Shown in pieces: positions 10,458-20,166 of a DNA stretch of 64,000 bases (the first letter of the stretch is position 1; each line of letters opens with the position of its first letter). The notes under the pieces are model-generated. The model was not told where the DNA came from, searched no databases, and saw only the letters and a list, made by a program, of their open reading frames with translations. This DNA comes from Candidatus Bathyarchaeota archaeon (GTDB lineage: Archaea; Thermoproteota; Bathyarchaeia; Bathyarchaeales; Bathycorpusculaceae). The stretch covers positions 86,568-150,567 of the forward strand of contig CAVZIW010000012.1 in assembly GCA_963775465.1 (NCBI GenBank), in the 5' to 3' direction. The position numbers and the translations under genes were made by a program.

Positions 10458-10949
10458 TTATTGTTGGGAAAGGCTCCGTTTGGGATCTCTTTCAGCTTCT
10501 TGGTTGAATTCTTTGGGAGTCATAACTTTGCTTTTTAGATTAGGCAGTCTTTCAAAGTGATCTTTGTTTTCCGTTAGCAAAACGTCGCAGTCTTCCAAAA
10601 GAAAAGAGGCGGCGATGGCTATGTCTTGGTATTCTATGGGGTGCCCTTTTGAAATCAGGTAGGCATTAAGTTCTGCTATTATTTTGGCTGCTTCGCCGTT
10701 TAGGGGTACCCAACGGAATTGGCTGAGCACCTTTTCTGCCTTCTTTATTGCAGCCGCATAATCCTTCCGCAAGTATGAGCCTGTTAAGATTTCTGAGACG
10801 CTCACAGTACTAATGTATGCGTTGTTGGTGCTGGTTAACTGTTTACATAGTGCTATCACGTCTTGTTTTCCTCTGTCTATATCCACGATAATGGAGGTAT
10901 CAACGAATACAGTTGTGGGTTTGCTTTTCTCTCTCTTTTTCTGAGGCAT
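10458..10949 (-). CDS. vapC: PIN-domain toxin
   Basis: VFVDTSIIVD, STVSVSE, DIAIAAS, LLTENKDHF; ATG at 10949. Confidence 0.9.
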   Translation of the reverse strand: MPQKKREKSKPTTVFVDTSIIVDIDRGKQDVIALCKQLTSTNNAYISTVSVSEILTGSYLRKDYAAAIKKAEKVLSQFRWVPLNGEAAKIIAELNAYLISKGHPIEYQDIAIAASFLLEDCDVLLTENKDHFERLPNLKSKVMTPKEFNQEAERDPKRSLSQQ

Positions 10950-10950
10950 T

Positions 10951-11202
10951 TTAAGGAACCAGCCCAAGCCGCTTGAATCTGCTTGTTGAATCGGAGCGAA
11001 TGTAGGAGAGCATCTTTTCAAAGTCAGCGGGCAAAAAGTCTGTGCAGTTTTTCCAGACTTCTTTGTCTGCTTTTTCAATCATTATCTTGTCGCCTTCCAC
11101 GACTTTCATCTTTACCATATCCCCTTCGGCTATCCCTACTGCTTCGCGTATTTCTTTGGGTATTGTGACTTGAGAATGTCTTGTTACAGTAACTGAAGCC
11201 AT
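10951..11202 (-). CDS. vapB: AbrB/MazE-type antitoxin
   Basis: VTRHSQVTIPKEIREAVGIAEGD; directly upstream of vapC. Confidence 0.88.
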   Translation of the reverse strand: MASVTVTRHSQVTIPKEIREAVGIAEGDMVKMKVVEGDKIMIEKADKEVWKNCTDFLPADFEKMLSYIRSDSTSRFKRLGLVP

Positions 11203-11220
11203 ATTGATCTCCTGTGAGGA

Positions 11221-11266
11221 TTACTATCAATCTTACTAATAAAGAATTACTATAAAATGATAGTAA
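11221..11266. promoter_or_regulatory. probable VapB operator
   Basis: Inverted repeat TTACTATCA...TGATAGTAA plus further TTACTA copies just upstream of vapB. Confidence 0.55.
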
Positions 11267-11298
11267 ATTAATCTTGAGAGTGTTTAGTTTGTTTTTGG

Positions 11299-13224
11299 TT
11301 AATTTTGCTGTTTAGTTTTTTTGGGGGGTAAACGTATTGTGAATGTTGTTCCTTTGTCTTTTTTGCTCTCGAAGGTAACTGTGCCGCCTAAGGATTCTGT
11401 CATGCGTTTAATCACTGCTAACCCTAGTCCTTGACCTTTAGCTTTGGTTGTAAACATTGGAGTAAACAACTTGTTTTTTGCCGTTTCGGGGACACCAACA
11501 CCTGTGTCTTTAACGGTTATGACAAGCTGATTTGCTTCTTTGTGGGCAAGTATTGATAGTTTGCCGCCGTTTGGCATTGCTTGAACAGAATTATTAACCA
11601 GATTGTGCAATATGCGGTTTATGAAGGTGGAATCAGATACAGCCTTCTTAGCTGTGGCATCTATTCTAACCTCTAGATCGATATTCTTTGGCAAATCGTT
11701 CTTTTCCAGTAATTTGTCAATTATGGTTTTCAGGTCGATTTCTTCTACTCGAGGATTAAGGGGTCTGGAATAGTCTTGCAGGTCTGCCACGATCTTGTTA
11801 ATGTAATCGACGTTGTTTTCGATTTCTTGCAGGTTTTCCAACACGTTCTTTTTTGCGTCGCTGTCTGGTGCCGGATCTAGTTCTGTTTTAGCTAGGTAGA
11901 TTTCGCCTGTTATTGCTTGTAGTGGATTGCGGATGTCGTGACCCACCATTCCTGCAGTTAGGCCGATAGCGGATAGCCGTTCAGAGTCTTTGAGTTGTTT
12001 TTCCATTTTTTTGCGTTCTGTAATGTCGATTCCCATCTCTAAAATTATGGTGGAGCCGTCGGTTTCTAAGAATGGGAAGTCATAGATGTCATAGTCGCGT
12101 CCGTCTGGTCCTGTCCATTCCCAATGATGAGGCGCGTTATTTTTTAGGGCTTTGTAGGTTTCGCAGTTCTCGCAGGGTGAATTGAGCTTGAATAAGTATT
12201 CGTAGCAGCGTTTGCCGTGTGATTCGCCAAAACGTTCGCGAAAAATCTTGTTAGCAAAGGTTACCTGGTAATCCTTATCGAGGAGAGCAACATAAGCTGG
12301 GAGGGTTTCAAGTATGGCGTATAGGCGCTGTCGTTCCTTTGATACTTCTTCTGTGCGTTTGCGTACTCTCTCTTCTAGTTCCTCGTTGATCAGTTCGAGT
12401 TTTCTTTCGGTTTTTTTGCGTTCAGTAATGTCTTGCACCATTCCGACTGAGCGAACAATTCTTCCGGTTTCATCTCGAATATTTTCGCATTTTTCTAAGA
12501 CATTTCGTATTTCTCGAGTTGTTTTTCTTACTACTTGATGTTCAATTTCATAAGAGTCTTTATTCTCACGCAATGACTTGGAGTATGCGGCGTCGACTGC
12601 TTTTCGATCATCTGGATGTACTGCCTCCAGAAATGCTTCGTACGTTGCGGCGAATTTTTGTGGGGTTAGACCAAAGATTCGGTACACCTCATCTGACCAA
12701 GATAGCTTATTGGAGACTAAGTCAAGTTCCCAGCTGCCGACATGAGCAATCTCTTCACTTTTCCTTAGTCGTCTTTCGTTTTTCTGCAGCTCGTCTTGAG
12801 CTATTTTTTGTTCTGTTATGTCCTCAAAAATAGCTACGAAATAGCCCTTTTCAGGGCAGTAAGCTGAAATCTTAAACCATTTACCCAAAGATTCTGCATG
12901 ATTCTCAAATTGAACTGGCTCTCCCGTTAGAGCTACTCTGCCGTAGACTCCTATCCAGTCAGAAGGGTCCTTTTCGACTCCGGGAAGAGCGGATGTGACT
13001 CTCTTGCCAATTACTTGTTGCCTTTTTAACCCTGTTAATTTTTCGAAGGCAAGGTTAACTTCAAGAAAAACATAATCAACTGGCTTACCCATCTTGTCTA
13101 TTACGATCTTGTGGTAAGCAAAGCCGTCTAACATCTTATTAAAAAACATGTCAAACTGTTTTTTGTTGATTCCTGCTTTTTTATTCCATGCGTTAATAAA
13201 ATTGTTGCTGGACAATTTGATCAT
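11299..13224 (-). CDS. multi-PAS sensor histidine kinase
   Basis: PAS/PAC repeats (DITE); H-box GHDIRNPL; N-box NLVNNS; DTGVG and GQGLGL. Confidence 0.92.
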   Translation of the reverse strand: MIKLSSNNFINAWNKKAGINKKQFDMFFNKMLDGFAYHKIVIDKMGKPVDYVFLEVNLAFEKLTGLKRQQVIGKRVTSALPGVEKDPSDWIGVYGRVALTGEPVQFENHAESLGKWFKISAYCPEKGYFVAIFEDITEQKIAQDELQKNERRLRKSEEIAHVGSWELDLVSNKLSWSDEVYRIFGLTPQKFAATYEAFLEAVHPDDRKAVDAAYSKSLRENKDSYEIEHQVVRKTTREIRNVLEKCENIRDETGRIVRSVGMVQDITERKKTERKLELINEELEERVRKRTEEVSKERQRLYAILETLPAYVALLDKDYQVTFANKIFRERFGESHGKRCYEYLFKLNSPCENCETYKALKNNAPHHWEWTGPDGRDYDIYDFPFLETDGSTIILEMGIDITERKKMEKQLKDSERLSAIGLTAGMVGHDIRNPLQAITGEIYLAKTELDPAPDSDAKKNVLENLQEIENNVDYINKIVADLQDYSRPLNPRVEEIDLKTIIDKLLEKNDLPKNIDLEVRIDATAKKAVSDSTFINRILHNLVNNSVQAMPNGGKLSILAHKEANQLVITVKDTGVGVPETAKNKLFTPMFTTKAKGQGLGLAVIKRMTESLGGTVTFESKKDKGTTFTIRLPPKKTKQQN

Positions 13225-13282
13225 CTGTAATTTTAGAAGTCAGCTTGCCTTAAGTTGTATAAAAAGTTTCATCATTCAAAGA

Positions 13283-13490
13283 TAAGTAGTAATTCCGATC
13301 CATACGAAAAGAGCTGGAATAAAACCGAAAACAAGTTCATAGTCGACAGTCGAGCGACAACATCATAATGAAAAAAGCACAGCTGCCGAGCTTAAAGAAA
13401 GAATGGGATGACATTTTCAAAATTATGGACAAAAAAGATTGAAAATATCAGACGAGGAAGTTCAAAAGAAGTAGCTGCTGCTCGAATCCA
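13283..13490 (+). pseudogene. degraded AbrB-family regulator or antitoxin
   Basis: Across several frameshifts reads VVIP..IRKRAGIKP..KFIV..DNIIMKKAQLPSLKKEWDDIFKIMDKK..ISDEEVQKEVAAAR. Confidence 0.55.
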
Positions 13491-13748
13491 ATTTACAGGC
13501 GCTGAAAGAAAACTGAAACTGCATTGCCAGCGCGAAAGGTTAGCAAACTAAGTAGCTTCTCCTCCATGCAATATCGACAAGGGTAGTGCGTGCATAATTG
13601 GTTATTAATATATTTTGGGCTTAATTTCGCAAACAGAGCCTTCTTTGAAGTTTAGTAAGTAAAGGCTGCTATGCAATTTGCTATTTCAGGTCTTTGCGAC
13701 CGTTAATAGGCTAATTCTTTGTGACAAAAGCCATCTTTCAAGCATAAA

Positions 13749-14036
13749 TTAAGTGTAATCGATCATTCCTATGTAGCGTTCAGCTGTTTGTTCTTGGTTT
13801 CTAGTGGGGTTGAGGCTGTTGCACATTCGCCTAAACGATTTTTGCAACCTGGCTATGTCGTTCTTGGATATTTGGAGTGGAAGCTCGCTACTTTGGTAAG
13901 AGGTCAGTATTGAGTCCAATCCGTCAAGGGTTCTTCTGTTTCTAATAGCGTTCTCGCGTTTTGTCCTAAATTTCCTAAACCATTCTGAAATTTTGCGGTT
14001 TGTCAAGCGGTCTATGCACACATTTCCTACCCGCAT
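13749..14036 (-). CDS. hypothetical protein
   Basis: 95 aa ORF, no recognised motif. Confidence 0.3.
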   Translation of the reverse strand: MRVGNVCIDRLTNRKISEWFRKFRTKRENAIRNRRTLDGLDSILTSYQSSELPLQISKNDIARLQKSFRRMCNSLNPTRNQEQTAERYIGMIDYT

Positions 14037-14243
14037 CTTTGTTCCTTATTACTGATACGTACTTTATCGGATGATTTCCGCATACCTCGCACCTCGTCCA
14101 AGGCTATGCAAATATTAGTTGATCACACTGTAGGTTTTGTTCTCATATTCGGAGGGGAAAAACTCTTCAGGTATGCATCGAAAGTCCTTCCTAATTCAAG
14201 TAAAATATTATGTTTTTCCCAGTTTGCTTTACCTTCTGCACGG

Positions 14244-15404
14244 TTATGTCAACGGAAATCTTTGCCTCAAATATTCCTTTGCAAATTCACGGTCATGTGC
14301 TAATTCGGTGCTTTTCACGATTTGACCCTCCAGCCTATCTAAAGCAACCTTAAACGTCTCTTCCACACCATAGCCTTCACCCGAACTGAAAAAAGCACCT
14401 TTCTTTGTTCTGAATTGCAGTCGACAGTGAATCAACTGGTCGCCCTTGAAGTTTGTGCCGTGCGTCTTCATGTAGACAAATAGCGTGCCAGCCTCTAATT
14501 TTTCTCCGTATCTTTTGGAGAAAGACTCAAAGTGGCTCATAATGAAGCCTCGTTGATTTTCATCAATTTCCACGTCTTTAACTGAAAACTGGACAGTGAG
14601 CTTTTGCATAGGCAGCTCCATTTGAGCTAAAGGTTCAAGGAAGTCCCGTTTAGTAATGATGCCGATGGGTCTGCCTTTGTTGACTATTATCAATGAGGAA
14701 ATGTTGAATTTGTGCATTTGCTCTTCAGCATCTCGCAATTGGGTTTCAGGTAAAACTGTCACGACTGGTTTAACCATTATGCCCTTCGCTGGAATGCTTA
14801 GAACAGGAACTTTCTCACCCCCTCCAAAGCCAACCCTTTGCACATGTCTTGGTTGAAAGATATTCTCAATAATATCGTAAATACTCACAATTCCCACGAG
14901 TTTTCCTTCGCTGACTATTGGCACATGAGAGATTCCCTCGTTTCTAAAAAGGCTCAACACTGCTCCTATCGATTCGTCTTCTTCGATGACAAACGGCTTC
15001 TTAGTCATTACCTCTTCAACACGAGTATGGCCCCATCGCTCAATTACAGCTCCATGGATAACGTCCTCATCGGTGACGAAACCTAAGATTTTCTCTTCGC
15101 TGTAGACTGGAAGTTGCCTAATCTCGCTCTCAATCATTAACTTGGCAACCTTGCTGAGAGGATCTTTTAGGGTTACAGCAGGTGCTTGGCGCGTCAAAGT
15201 CTTTACTTTGGTGTCTGAAGCAGCGAGACTGGAGCGTATTATCGATTTGCGAGAAATAACCCCTTTGTAGTTGCCTTTATCATCAAGGACCACTAGAACA
15301 GGGGGCGTCTCTTTTTTAAAAAGTGATAGACAAGAAGAAAGTGTATCGTTCTCATGTACCTCTAAGAAACCTTTTGAAAAAACATCTTCAACAACTTTAG
15401 TCAT
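14244..15404 (-). CDS. 4xCBS-domain protein with C-terminal HPF/RaiA-like domain (putative ribosome hibernation factor)
   Basis: Four CBS repeats (IRQLPV, ISHVPIV, ISSLIIV); the last ~100 aa end in GEGYGVEETFKVALDRLEGQI, like HPF/RaiA. Confidence 0.75.
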   Translation of the reverse strand: MTKVVEDVFSKGFLEVHENDTLSSCLSLFKKETPPVLVVLDDKGNYKGVISRKSIIRSSLAASDTKVKTLTRQAPAVTLKDPLSKVAKLMIESEIRQLPVYSEEKILGFVTDEDVIHGAVIERWGHTRVEEVMTKKPFVIEEDESIGAVLSLFRNEGISHVPIVSEGKLVGIVSIYDIIENIFQPRHVQRVGFGGGEKVPVLSIPAKGIMVKPVVTVLPETQLRDAEEQMHKFNISSLIIVNKGRPIGIITKRDFLEPLAQMELPMQKLTVQFSVKDVEIDENQRGFIMSHFESFSKRYGEKLEAGTLFVYMKTHGTNFKGDQLIHCRLQFRTKKGAFFSSGEGYGVEETFKVALDRLEGQIVKSTELAHDREFAKEYLRQRFPLT

Positions 15405-15580
15405 AGAAAAAGCTCCAGTATTATCATTCTCATGGCGTAATTTAAGGTTTAAAATGAAAGTGGCAGCCCTTTTCTAAGAAGGGAAAAAAACTACATTCGC
15501 AAGGAATACTATAATTCGTCCATTTCAGACTTCAATAGGTAAGAAGAGACATTTAAAACGCGTTAATTTAGCTGCCCACT

Positions 15581-15910
15581 TTAAAGCTTTCGTTCTCTGT
15601 CTTCACTGTAGTCTCGGTCCTCATGGGCTTCTTCTTCAGCTTCATCTTGCCGATCCTCGTCGCGCATGCTTGCTTGTTCTCCTTTAGCTCTTGCTCTATC
15701 TTCAGCTTGACCTTTCGGCGGATAAACCGTACCCAACCAAACTTCAAACTGCCTCTTGTATTCAGGGCTAGAAAAAACCCAGTCGCACAATCCACCAACG
15801 ACCTTACTAACGTCAATGTTATGGTCGTAAGCTAAACCTTTTACAAATTCTTCCCAATTTGCAGGTAAAGATACATAAGAACTGCCCATAAAAATATTCT
15901 CCATTAACAT
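15581..15910 (-). CDS. hypothetical protein with acidic tail (possible RHH-like N-terminus)
   Basis: 109 aa ORF with an upstream TATA-like sequence. Confidence 0.55.
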   Translation of the reverse strand: MLMENIFMGSSYVSLPANWEEFVKGLAYDHNIDVSKVVGGLCDWVFSSPEYKRQFEVWLGTVYPPKGQAEDRARAKGEQASMRDEDRQDEAEEEAHEDRDYSEDRERKL

Positions 15911-16159
15911 GGTAGTGCTAAGGGATATTTAAGCTTCAAGCATGCGTTGTGCTGTTATATTACTTTCAAGAATCGGGTGAACAATCGAAAACGATGCAAG
16001 ATATAGAGCAACGAGCAAGAGAGCTTAAGCTTTGATTTTGGTTCTTCAACTCCAATCTGATGATTTTGAAACTAAATAGGTGAAACTTAACTAATGGCTA
16101 ATAAGATTGTTCTGTATTAGACCAGAGTAGAAATAATTAATTCTTCAGGGAGTGTTTTT

Positions 16160-16456
16160 ATGCCTATAACAATTGGAGTGTTATTTAGACGAATTGTCAA
16201 AGATCTGCAAGCTCAAGACAAAAACCCAAATAGCTATCTTAACAATTCAAACAGCGATCTCTACAATCCCAATTACGATATTAACAATCCAACTAGCAAC
16301 CTCAACAATCAACATAGTTGCATTAACGATGCGTCAAATAACCAAAACAACAAGGAAATACGGAGGAGTGTTTTAAGAGAGCTCATCAAGATGTATCTGT
16401 CGGATTATTTGTCTGAAGAACAAACTGAGAAACTTGTTGAAGAGCATATTCCATAA
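16160..16456 (+). CDS. small protein with Asn-rich heptad repeats
   Basis: GGGAGTG SD-like sequence; NPNSYLN-NSNSDLY-NPNYDIN-NPTSNLN-NQHSCIN. Confidence 0.6.
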   Translation: MPITIGVLFRRIVKDLQAQDKNPNSYLNNSNSDLYNPNYDINNPTSNLNNQHSCINDASNNQNNKEIRRSVLRELIKMYLSDYLSEEQTEKLVEEHIP

Positions 16457-16657
16457 AAATCATTGGAAGTTAGTTTGAGGTTGAAAAACAAAGGTGTTGA
16501 AAGTAAATTCACTTTAAGTTTGGGGAACATTCTGAAAGGGTTTTGCAGCTAGATTGCCCATAATCCTCGTGCGAGGTGTTCCAGGCTAGCTGTCTGCCCT
16601 GGCCTTTTACCTAGGCTTCTTATAATGTAGTTATTGGTATTTTGTGGAGGGGCGGCT

Positions 16658-16801
16658 TTATTGTTTTTTGTTGATCCATGTTTTGACCGCTTCTTGTACA
16701 GCTTTGGATAAGTCGCCTTTTTTGCCTCCGAATCGTTCTACGGTCTCTATTCTGAGCTGTTTTTCTAGTTCGTCTGGCATGTCTATGTTGATGCGGCCCA
16801 T
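16658..16801 (-). CDS. 47 aa RHH/CopG DNA-binding protein (absent from ORF track)
   Basis: MGRINIDMPDELEKQLRIETVERFGGKKGDLSKAVQEAVKTWINKKQ*. Confidence 0.8.
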   Translation of the reverse strand: MGRINIDMPDELEKQLRIETVERFGGKKGDLSKAVQEAVKTWINKKQ

Positions 16802-16935
16802 TTTAGTTCACTTGTTTTTTGCTGGTTACATATTGTTGTAATAAGCGAGTAGCCAATTTTTGTATTCGATTTTTTTGTTTGTCATGTTTTATCCCTTTAG
16901 AAGCCGCTTATTCACATTAACATATATGTACATAC

Positions 16936-16949
16936 ACACTTATAAGTGT
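16936..16949. promoter_or_regulatory. palindromic operator upstream of the RHH gene
   Basis: Perfect 14 bp palindrome ACACTTATAAGTGT, extendable with ACATAC/GTATGT arms. Confidence 0.5.
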
Positions 16950-17228
16950 ATGTGTTTAAGTGCCTAAATTGCCATGGATGTTCTGCAATTTGCACCGTTA
17001 GAGAATGAAAAGGCAAAACCAAGGCTTCCAAAATCTGAGGCATAGAGGAAAAGGCCTTTAAGGTTTTACGATGCTTCTTTCATAACTCAAACAAGTGAGA
17101 CTAATCAAAGTTCTTAAACAAAAAAACCAACCATATTACAGGTAACTGGGAGAAGAAGAAGAAGCGCACATTTTTCAATCTTCTTCTACCAGTTAAGACA
17201 CCTATTGAGGTTTAGCTTGGATTTGGGG

Positions 17229-17837
17229 TTATAGGTTGTTGGCAGCTATTTTCTTTGAGAGCTTTAGTCCGCATGATCCACAGATTAACCCCCATGTATC
17301 GTCAAAGTCTTTGACTTCCCACTCCATATGGGTTATATCGTGACAGAGTAAACATCTGTCTTCTCCAAAATCCATAATTAATCTAGTGAGTGACTTTGTG
17401 TGTTGCATTAATTCTTCTATTGCTTGGATTGTTCCCGAGTTCTCGAGTGTTATGGGTTTTGGGGGTGTTTCGCTAGATACGTTTTGGGTTGGGTTTACTG
17501 TTTTTTGTTCTGTTTTTTCTTCAGTGGTCTTGTTTGGTTGTGTGTTGGGTGGGTCTTTAGTCGTGTCAGTTGGGAACTTGGGAACAAATGTGACGGCGTA
17601 TTTTTTGGCTATGCGGCTTAGTTTTTCTGTGTTGATGCGGGTCATTTCTCTTAGGCTTCGTATGGCTTTCATTCGCATGATTAGAAATGCTCTAAAAAGT
17701 CCCTATGGGTTTCTTGGTGGTCTTCCTGGACCGCTGAGATGGAAACATCGCTTTATTGTGCTGTTAGCAAAGCTTAAGTCTACGTTTCTTAAGAGGGTTT
17801 CAAGGGTCTCGTGTTCATCCTGTCTCGCAGGGATCAC
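17229..17837 (-). pseudogene. chimera of an IS transposase N-terminus (DUF772/InsH-like) and a Zn-finger C-terminus
   Basis: GTG at 17837 in frame: ...GPGRPPRNP*GLFRAFLIMRMKAIRSLREMTR (TAG at 17703-17705), then a low-complexity linker and CLLC...CGSC. Confidence 0.55.
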
Positions 17838-17914
17838 TTCCTTGTTTGATTGGTTCTCAATGACACGAGACTCAGTTTCTAGTTATAAGCTTTTCAATTT
17901 AGGGACAAGCCAGC
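17832..17914 (-). mobile_element. IS left end / 5' leader, copy 1
   Basis: Directly upstream of the transposase remnant; ~80 bp similar to 38372-38452. Confidence 0.5.
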
Positions 17915-17951
17915 GCTCAAAAGCTATTTAACCAGGTGACAAAAATAAGAT

Positions 17952-18719
17952 TTGCGTGGTAAACACCATCAAAAATTGATGTTGAAAGTGGTGGTAAATT
18001 TGTCCAAATATGGCAAAAAATTGCGAGAAAATGGGTATAGTGCTGTTGATAGAACCTCAGAAAACGAGCATTTTCCAGGTTTAGGTGAGATTCGGGGTTT
18101 TCAGCAAGAAAAAAAGCGGGTTTTCAGCAAGCCCGCATCTACTGGTGGAAAAGATAAGTCTGCATATCGCAAAGTCAACATTTACACCAAGAGTAAAAGG
18201 CAATATACGAGTGAAAGGAGCAGACGAAAGTCAGTTCGTCTTCTGGCTGAAAAGGGATTAACACAACAACAAATTGCAACAGCCCTCAAGGTATCTACTC
18301 GGACAATTAAACGGGATTGGGACAAAATAAGACCCTACGTGAAAGCTCAAGTTCATAAAGAGATCAGGCAGGTTGAGGATGAAAGGCACAAAGAGTTTGA
18401 ACGTCGATACGAAGGGTTAACAGGTAATGAAAAGCTTAAACTTCTCAAACAAGACCTTAAAAACGCAACAAAAATGTCGAAGAGACTAAAACCCCGCCAT
18501 AGGTCCCAAGCGCCGGAGCAGCAAACCCGCCGCCAATTAGACTACATCATAGACCTTGATTCCCCTACAGTTGAAGGGTTTCCAAGCGTTATTTTTACCC
18601 AACAAGGCAGCTTTTCTCTTACAGCCGGATTTGACATGAAGATTTACGCAGTAAAAAATGGAGCAAAAACGAGAGTTATTCAGTATTGGAATTTCAAAAA
18701 CATAACGTCCTTCGATTAA
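17952..18719 (+). CDS. HTH DNA-binding protein (mobile-element-like)
   Basis: KGLTQQQIATALKVSTRTIKRDW; start uncertain. Confidence 0.6.
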   Translation: MRGKHHQKLMLKVVVNLSKYGKKLRENGYSAVDRTSENEHFPGLGEIRGFQQEKKRVFSKPASTGGKDKSAYRKVNIYTKSKRQYTSERSRRKSVRLLAEKGLTQQQIATALKVSTRTIKRDWDKIRPYVKAQVHKEIRQVEDERHKEFERRYEGLTGNEKLKLLKQDLKNATKMSKRLKPRHRSQAPEQQTRRQLDYIIDLDSPTVEGFPSVIFTQQGSFSLTAGFDMKIYAVKNGAKTRVIQYWNFKNITSFD

Positions 18720-19231
18720 TTCTCGATGTTGATCTCTAAATCTTCCAACCACAAAGTTATTACAGTTTAAGACCTGTTTTTTGAAATATCAGGCTCAGCG
18801 GGAATAGCTAATCTTCTTCTTCCTAATCTGGTTCCTCTTCAAACAAGATTTCTATTTGCCACAATCAAAAGTCATAATTCTCTACGTTAAATTCAGGATT
18901 AGATATAGGATCATCAAAAAACATCAAGCCGTCACCTTCATTATCCTCTCTATAACGTTCCTTCATGCGGTCATTTTCCACTTTTTGAGAGCCTTCCTAA
19001 GCTATTTTGCTATTTGTTTGAATTTCTGGTGCTTGGCGAATTCCTAAAATCGCTTTTAGATAAATTATTCCTGTTAAAATTAACATTAACAATACAAAGC
19101 CAAAAACATGTAAAGGATTAATGCAACAACATCCAATATTTTGCCGTCCATGCTGGATCTATTTATCAGTTTTTAGATTTAATCAGACTTGTTATTGGTA
19201 AGTGTTCGTAGAACGTTGAATGATTGATCGA

Positions 19232-19942
19232 TTATATCGCTATTTTGATAATAATTTTCTTTGAAACAACTGATTTTTGATACCTCCAGTCAACAGAGTT
19301 AAATTCCCTAAGCGTGTCTTCAATCGTGGACAAATCAACATATGTAAGAGAAATTTCATTTATGAGGTCATTAACATCTATTTCTTTTCTTCCAGCGAAG
19401 TGACTGTACAGCAAAATCATGGTTCTAAGAATATAACTAGTGCAACTTTCTTTTCTTTGCCGCCAAGAGTCATCTATCCATATAACCGAGAAATTTTTAA
19501 GAATCTCAAGATAACTGTTTACCGCTCTCTTGACGGCAATTCTGTCACCGTATTTCTCAATAGCCGATCTTACAAGAGCTTGGCGATCGATTTTGAGGCT
19601 TTTCAGATACCAGAGATTAATTTTTTCTTGAATGAATCGTGCAATTTCGCTCTGGCACACTAGGCTGAAAAGTAAAACAGGTTTAGTAGATTCAAAAGAA
19701 TATTGAACTGTAAGTTCGCGAAGATAATTTTGGGAGAAATATTCAATACCTGCTTTTTTCTCTATCCTTAAGTAATATCTTCTTATCATTTTAAGGGCAT
19801 TTTTCTTGGACCTTAAACCTTTGGCTTCGATAAGCGACAAGAGATTTGATTCTGCGGTTTTGTATTCAAGACCTGGAGTGCTGTACTGCAAAACTTTGTA
19901 AACAGAAACCGGATCAAAACTGTCATATAAACCAATAGGCAT
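19232..19942 (-). CDS. putative BREX BrxA-like protein
   Basis: Size, KYGDRIAVKRAVNSYL segment and divergent position next to brxF/brxC-like genes; AT-rich. Confidence 0.45.
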   Translation of the reverse strand: MPIGLYDSFDPVSVYKVLQYSTPGLEYKTAESNLLSLIEAKGLRSKKNALKMIRRYYLRIEKKAGIEYFSQNYLRELTVQYSFESTKPVLLFSLVCQSEIARFIQEKINLWYLKSLKIDRQALVRSAIEKYGDRIAVKRAVNSYLEILKNFSVIWIDDSWRQRKESCTSYILRTMILLYSHFAGRKEIDVNDLINEISLTYVDLSTIEDTLREFNSVDWRYQKSVVSKKIIIKIAI

Positions 19943-20166
19943 TATTCCACCAGTTTCTCTATTGTTCCTTCTTTTTTTATATAGATTTTATGAAAGGTTA
20001 AACACTCTTAAGCAGAGGGCTATTAAAAATAGTTTTTTAATAAATATCTGAAACACATTAATATTAAATATAAAGAAACCAAATATGATTTCTCAAGTCA
20101 GGTATTTAGCAACCGGTATTTCCGTGATAAGGTTGGCAAATATTGGAATATTGGAGATAACTATCT

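Noticed and set aside
17703-17705. In-frame TAG as pyrrolysine readthrough
   Set aside because: It lies in a decayed transposase fragment and no pyl genes are in the window
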